Under the pieces are notes generated by a model that saw nothing but the letters and a program-made list of their open reading frames with translations, searched no databases and had not been told where the DNA came from. Shown piece by piece: positions 58,905-64,000 of a DNA stretch of 64,000 bases. Made by a program: the position numbers and the translations under genes. Numbering within the stretch: position 1 is the stretch's first letter; each line of letters begins with the position of its first letter. Source of the DNA: Eledone cirrhosa (Eukaryota); the NCBI GenBank assembly GCA_964016885.1, contig OZ024746.1:61132001-61196000 (forward strand), in the 5' to 3' direction.

Positions 58905-59348
58905 TGACAACCTCTCTCTATATATGATTGTTTCTACTTTTGACACAAGGCCAGCAATTACCCCAGTACATTACTGGTACTTTATATAATATTCTATTTT
59001 AGATCCAGTCTTCTTCTCAACAAGAAAGATGAACAAACCTGCGTCAACACTTAATTTTAAATTTTGAATATTTAATTCTTCTTTTTAATTCTTTTTAATT
59101 TTAATTGCAATATTCAACATTTGATAAGATGGATTTCACTGATACATCGGAACCAGTTATATTTTATATACATTATAAAACTCCTTTTTTAAAAAAAAAT
59201 AGTGTTCCTCTCATTTTTCAATAATGTCACTTTGATGAATCTAAGAAGAAAAAATGCAAAACAGATCCTTTAAATATACTTTTCATGCTATTTCCAATTC
59301 CACTCTTTCTCTATAACCTTTGTTTTGTATAGAACCTTACTCCTTTTT

Positions 59349-59389
<41 letters not shown>

Positions 59390-59453
59390 TCATATGTCCT
59401 TCCCTCACTCACACATGTATGTATATATATATATATATATACTTATACATATA

Positions 59454-60987
59454 CTAGCTGGTCGGCCCGGCTGGCGCCCGGGTAGGTATACCGGCATTTT
59501 ATCTTTTCAGGAATCCCCCCCTACAAAGATACCGCACGCCCTCTCAAGTCAGCGACGAGGGGGGGGGGGGGGATTTAACGTGCTCTGATGTTGGGTTTGA
59601 ATAGTTTTTAGGATTCCCCAGTTCAGCAGTCAGTACGTTAAAGAAAATTGATAGTTACAACAATAAAGGCTGAACAGAGAACAAATTTTTAACAAACAAT
59701 AATTTGTACAACCATAATGGAAATTCCAAGTAACAGAACATCTTTAAATTACATTGTTAGAGCCTCAGAGTATACAATATTTTTTGTTCGGCCCTCCGGA
59801 GCAAAGATGAAGAGATTGTTTGGCGAGCTCACCCTAGAGCATCCTACATACAATTGACCATGGGAGAAGCACTGATTTCGTAGATCGTTTCGCGGAGAAG
59901 CTCTGTAGACGTTGACCTCTGGACACTCTTGTTAGGAACAGGTAAGCTGTAGTGACTTAGAGGCCTACCACCAATCTCCAGGACACTGTTTTCAAGACAA
60001 ATGAGCGCCTCATTGAAAATTGGATTGTGTTTGCGTGTGCGGTGGAGGATGTCCTCAGCTAGACTTTCACGGTGGTTGTTCCACAGTGCGAGAGGGTCGG
60101 CGAGATCGCAGTTGTGCAGCATAATAGCAAACAGTTTTCGCAGCTGAGAAGGGACTTTAGCATTTGCTGCTTCTTGCAGGGTGAGGTGCCAATGGCTGTC
60201 ATCGTGTAACATACCACGCATCTGGCAAGCCAAACGGTAAGTGGAACATTGTTGGCCATTGATGGTTCTCAGATCTTGGAAAGACTGTGGTCCTCTAACC
60301 TCGAACAGTAACAATGACGATAAGCCGTCTGTGCTTTCATGAAATAAATAGGTTTTTGTTTTTGTGTATGCAAAAATATCTGTAAACGAATATATATAAA
60401 TATATATATTAAAATAACAGATTAAAGTTTAAGCAAATAATCGCTGCTTTCACCCTTAACGGGATCTTCTGAAACTTAAAAAATCCGTCCGTGAACGCAG
60501 AAGTAAATATTTCGAAAAACGTTATCTAATGCAGACAATCAGTTATACAGAGACATATTATAAGGGCGCTACGTTATAGCTATGTATATATCTAAAAAGA
60601 CAGGCTAAGTGAAAGAGGGGAATGTTGTGCGACGTCATAAGAAAAAGTGAGGAATGACGTATAACCGGAAGTGTTGACATTTGAAATTTTAAAGAAGTGA
60701 ATATTTAAATAATTGTTTCTACTTTAGGCACAAGGCCAGCAATTGCCCAGTGCATTACTGGTACTTTATTTTATCGTACCAGTAATGCACTGGGTAATTG
60801 CTGGCCTTGTGCCTAAAGTGAATATTTAAATAATGTTTTTAATCTTTTAACAAAATTCAGTAGACAAAAATACCCTTATTTTTTTACTTGGAAAAAGTTA
60901 CATCTATGGTGCAAATTTGGTGCCGTTTGGTCCAGCCGTTTTGGCGGAAAGTTTACTTCCATACGGCCGTCAGCTTTATAGTATAGA
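59454..60987 (-). mobile_element. Internally deleted non-autonomous Helitron
   Basis: 5' TC (60987) and 3' CTAG (59454), inserted between A and T. GC-rich subterminal hairpin at ~59466-59482. RepHel pieces VRGPQSFQDLRTING...YRLAC...QLRKLFAIML and the helicase C-terminus CSRVSSPNNLFIFAPEGRTKNIVYSEAL. Confidence 0.9.
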
Positions 60988-61029
60988 TATATACATATAT
61001 AAATATATATAAAATATATATTTATACGT

Positions 61030-61084
<55 letters not shown>

Positions 61085-61899
61085 CTGCAAGCTTTCTTGG
61101 CATCATTTGCTTTACAAGATTAGTTAATCCACAAAGGGAGTTTCGGTCTGGAAATTGCTAGAAGAATCTGAGCTGTTTGAATTTTTTTTCAAACGACTTA
61201 TTTAGACGTGTTGTATGTATACACTTTGTACAGAACGCTGCCCTTAGGCATTATCACATCTACTCTTGGGCAAAACACATAATTCCTTTTCAAGTTGCTA
61301 TAAAGAAAATGTTTACTTACACAGTACTGACTAAAATGTAAAAAAAATTGGAACGATTAAGTCTAAAAGAAATCTGTCCTTTAAATGCTCTTCTCAGATT
61401 TTGAACACCTCCACAAAGGGAGTTTTGGTACTGAAATTGTGAGGATAGTCTCGGTTGATAAAAAAAATTTAGCCTCAGCATATTCTGAATGCGAGATTTC
61501 AGATGTATATATACATGTCTGTGTGTAAAGGCGTGTGCTTTAGTGGCTAGAACGTTGAGCTCAGAATCGTAAGGTTGTGAGTTCAAATACAGTTTACTCA
61601 GCAGTAGAAATGAGTTGCGAGGTCACTGGTGCCAAGCTGTATTGGCCATTGCCTTTCCCTTGGACATCATCAGTGGCGTGGAGAGGGAGACTGACATGCA
61701 CGGGCGACTGCTGGTCTTCCACAAATACACCTTGCTCAGGTTTGTACCTTGGAGAGGAACTTTCTAGGCGCAAAACCATGGTCATTCCTGACCAAGCTAA
61801 GCGAGAGGGAATTAATCTAAGTTGTTATGGGATTATAGTAAACACTGTAAAGCTGAAAAAACTCGAGTATTTGCCGAACGGCATCGTTGTAGAACTTAT

Positions 61900-62004
<105 letters not shown>

Positions 62005-62168
62005 TCTCTATCTCCCCCACTCTCTCTCATATATATATATCCGTCGTTCGTTCTTTGAGCTCGCAACTTTTAATTGTGCTGTCGTGACATAGAGTGTGTC
62101 TCGGGTCATTTTAAACTTGCTGGGGTGTATCTTTTTCCACGTCTGGCCACAGCCCATCCGATTTCTTC

Positions 62169-62220
<52 letters not shown>

Positions 62221-62304
62221 TAAACGGAATAGAAAATGCTGACAAATTGTTCACAGTTGAAAATACCAATATATAATAACTTGTGTGTTACACCTCTATT
62301 CTTT

Positions 62305-62417
<113 letters not shown>

Positions 62418-62638
62418 TGTATACATATAGAATCGATCCCAAAGGGATGAAAGACAAAGTCCACCTCGGCGGGAATTTGAACTGAGCACAAAGAAGAACA
62501 GAGTGCGCCCTAAGTTGAAATGCTGTCGAGATCAACATTGTTTTTTATTCTTCCAGGTTCGATATATAGTTTATTGATTGAGGTCGGTGGATTGGAGAAA
62601 TTGTTAGTGCATTGGAGACTATTTGTGGTACATATTAC

Positions 62639-62722
62639 GGTTCTTTGTTTTCTGAATTGGAATTTTCCATGTTTTTGGCATCTCTTCGATAGTAAAGTTA
62701 TTTTGAAGTGTTTCACTCGAGT
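62639..62722 (-). CDS. Candidate exon of the VWC/FN3 gene (middle part of an FN3 domain)
   Basis: Acceptor ttttctttcacgttag, donor gtaata, 84 nt, phase 0-0. Encodes TRVKHFKITLLSKRCQKHGKFQFRKQRT, which joins the 57747-57882 exon in frame and gives a plausible FN3 strand pattern. Confidence 0.45.
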
Positions 62723-62873
62723 CTAACGTGAAAGAAAAATGACTGCTTATGAAACTCCGTCAGTCACTAAGCTAATCTAGACTCCTATATATCAAGATGG
62801 TATGACTGGATTTTTATTCAATTTTCATAAAACAGAGAGAGAGAAACAGAGAGAGAGAGAAGCAGAGAGAGAG

Positions 62874-62943
<70 letters not shown>

Positions 62944-63048
62944 AAAAATGGATGACGTAGGAATCTTGCTGACTCATAAATTGCGTATTAATAAACAATT
63001 GCCCTCGTTCTCTTTCCTTGGCACTTCACGTCTTTTTCTCTTTTCAAT

Positions 63049-63121
<73 letters not shown>

Positions 63122-63541
63122 CTCTCTCTCTCCCATCACGCTTGTCCTCTCGCTCTCACCTCTCACTTTCTAAACATCTCTATTTCTCACTCTCTGTCCC
63201 CCCCTCTCTCTCTCTGACACCCCATCCCTCTCTCTCTCTCCACCATCGTCTGATGTGCAAACATGTCGTACTAGCCAACACTGATAATACACACCGACTG
63301 ACATCAGTCAGGTAGGCGCCGGTCCGTAGTTCAGTTAGCCAAGCCTGACCTTTTCTAAAGTCACGTCATGTACACGGAATACAATAGCACTAGGAAATAA
63401 TGGTTAGCTTATAAAGACATTCGTTGTTCTAACTATTGTTCTTTTTGTTTCTAGAAATTTTCAATATACTTGTATGTTTATCGCTTTTGGTATTCACAAC
63501 GTATGCAATAGTAATGTGCGTTTCTTTCTATACAAATACCC

Positions 63542-63572
<31 letters not shown>

Positions 63573-63610
63573 CATACATACATACATACATACATACATA
63601 CATACATACA

Positions 63611-64000
63611 TGGTGGCTGCCAACTCGTTTTCGAGTACGGCCACTACTTTATATCCATGTAGGAGAACCCCTACCGATGCGCTGAACGAGTGTGACTTTT
63701 TAGTCCAGCCAGCGACTTGAAAACTCTGGTACAAACACTATACTTGTGACAATTATTGACACATAGTGCTGTGCTCATGGTACCATGTGACGACAAGTGC
63801 AGAGAGATCTCCAGATATAAAGCAATGCCTGTGCCATGAAGCTTTTATAGTGAGCAAAGGCACTGCACAAAGCCAGTCCCACTCTCTTAACCAAGATGAT
63901 ATTTACCAAAAAGAAGAACAAGTCAACATCATTGGATACCATCAGGGTTGCAGGTGTTATATCAGAGTTTTCCGTCTCCTAGAATTCTGCCTTGACAAAG
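63611..64000 (-). mobile_element. Family A element, runs off the window
   Basis: Reverse complement of the right part of 7190-7799, next to (CATA)n. Confidence 0.8.

Overview
AT-rich animal genomic DNA, very dense in microsatellites. The repeat content suggests a cephalopod such as an octopus, but that is inference. Most ORF-track entries are microsatellite artefacts. The real content has three layers. (1) Six well-supported exons and one candidate exon of a minus-strand gene with alternating VWC and fibronectin type-III domains; the gene appears to extend beyond the window on both sides. (2) Intronic mobile DNA: two decayed Penelope-like elements (RT plus GIY-YIG, probably Naiad-type), a third GIY-YIG fragment, an internally deleted Helitron with both ends intact, LINE fragments (CR1/L2, RTE, CRE, R4-like), many tRNA-derived SINEs and several MITEs. 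(3) More than 25 type-I hammerhead ribozyme (HHR) motifs, folded by eye. The main one is an array of 12 nearly identical 310-bp units (37451-41217), each with a complete HHR on the host-gene strand, i.e. a candidate non-LTR retrozyme that could produce circular RNA. Two further retrozyme-like families (~430-bp and 467-bp units) share an octamer-containing block upstream of the ribozyme. Other HHRs lie in Penelope pseudo-LTRs, including an inverted pair whose stem II is ~115 nt long.
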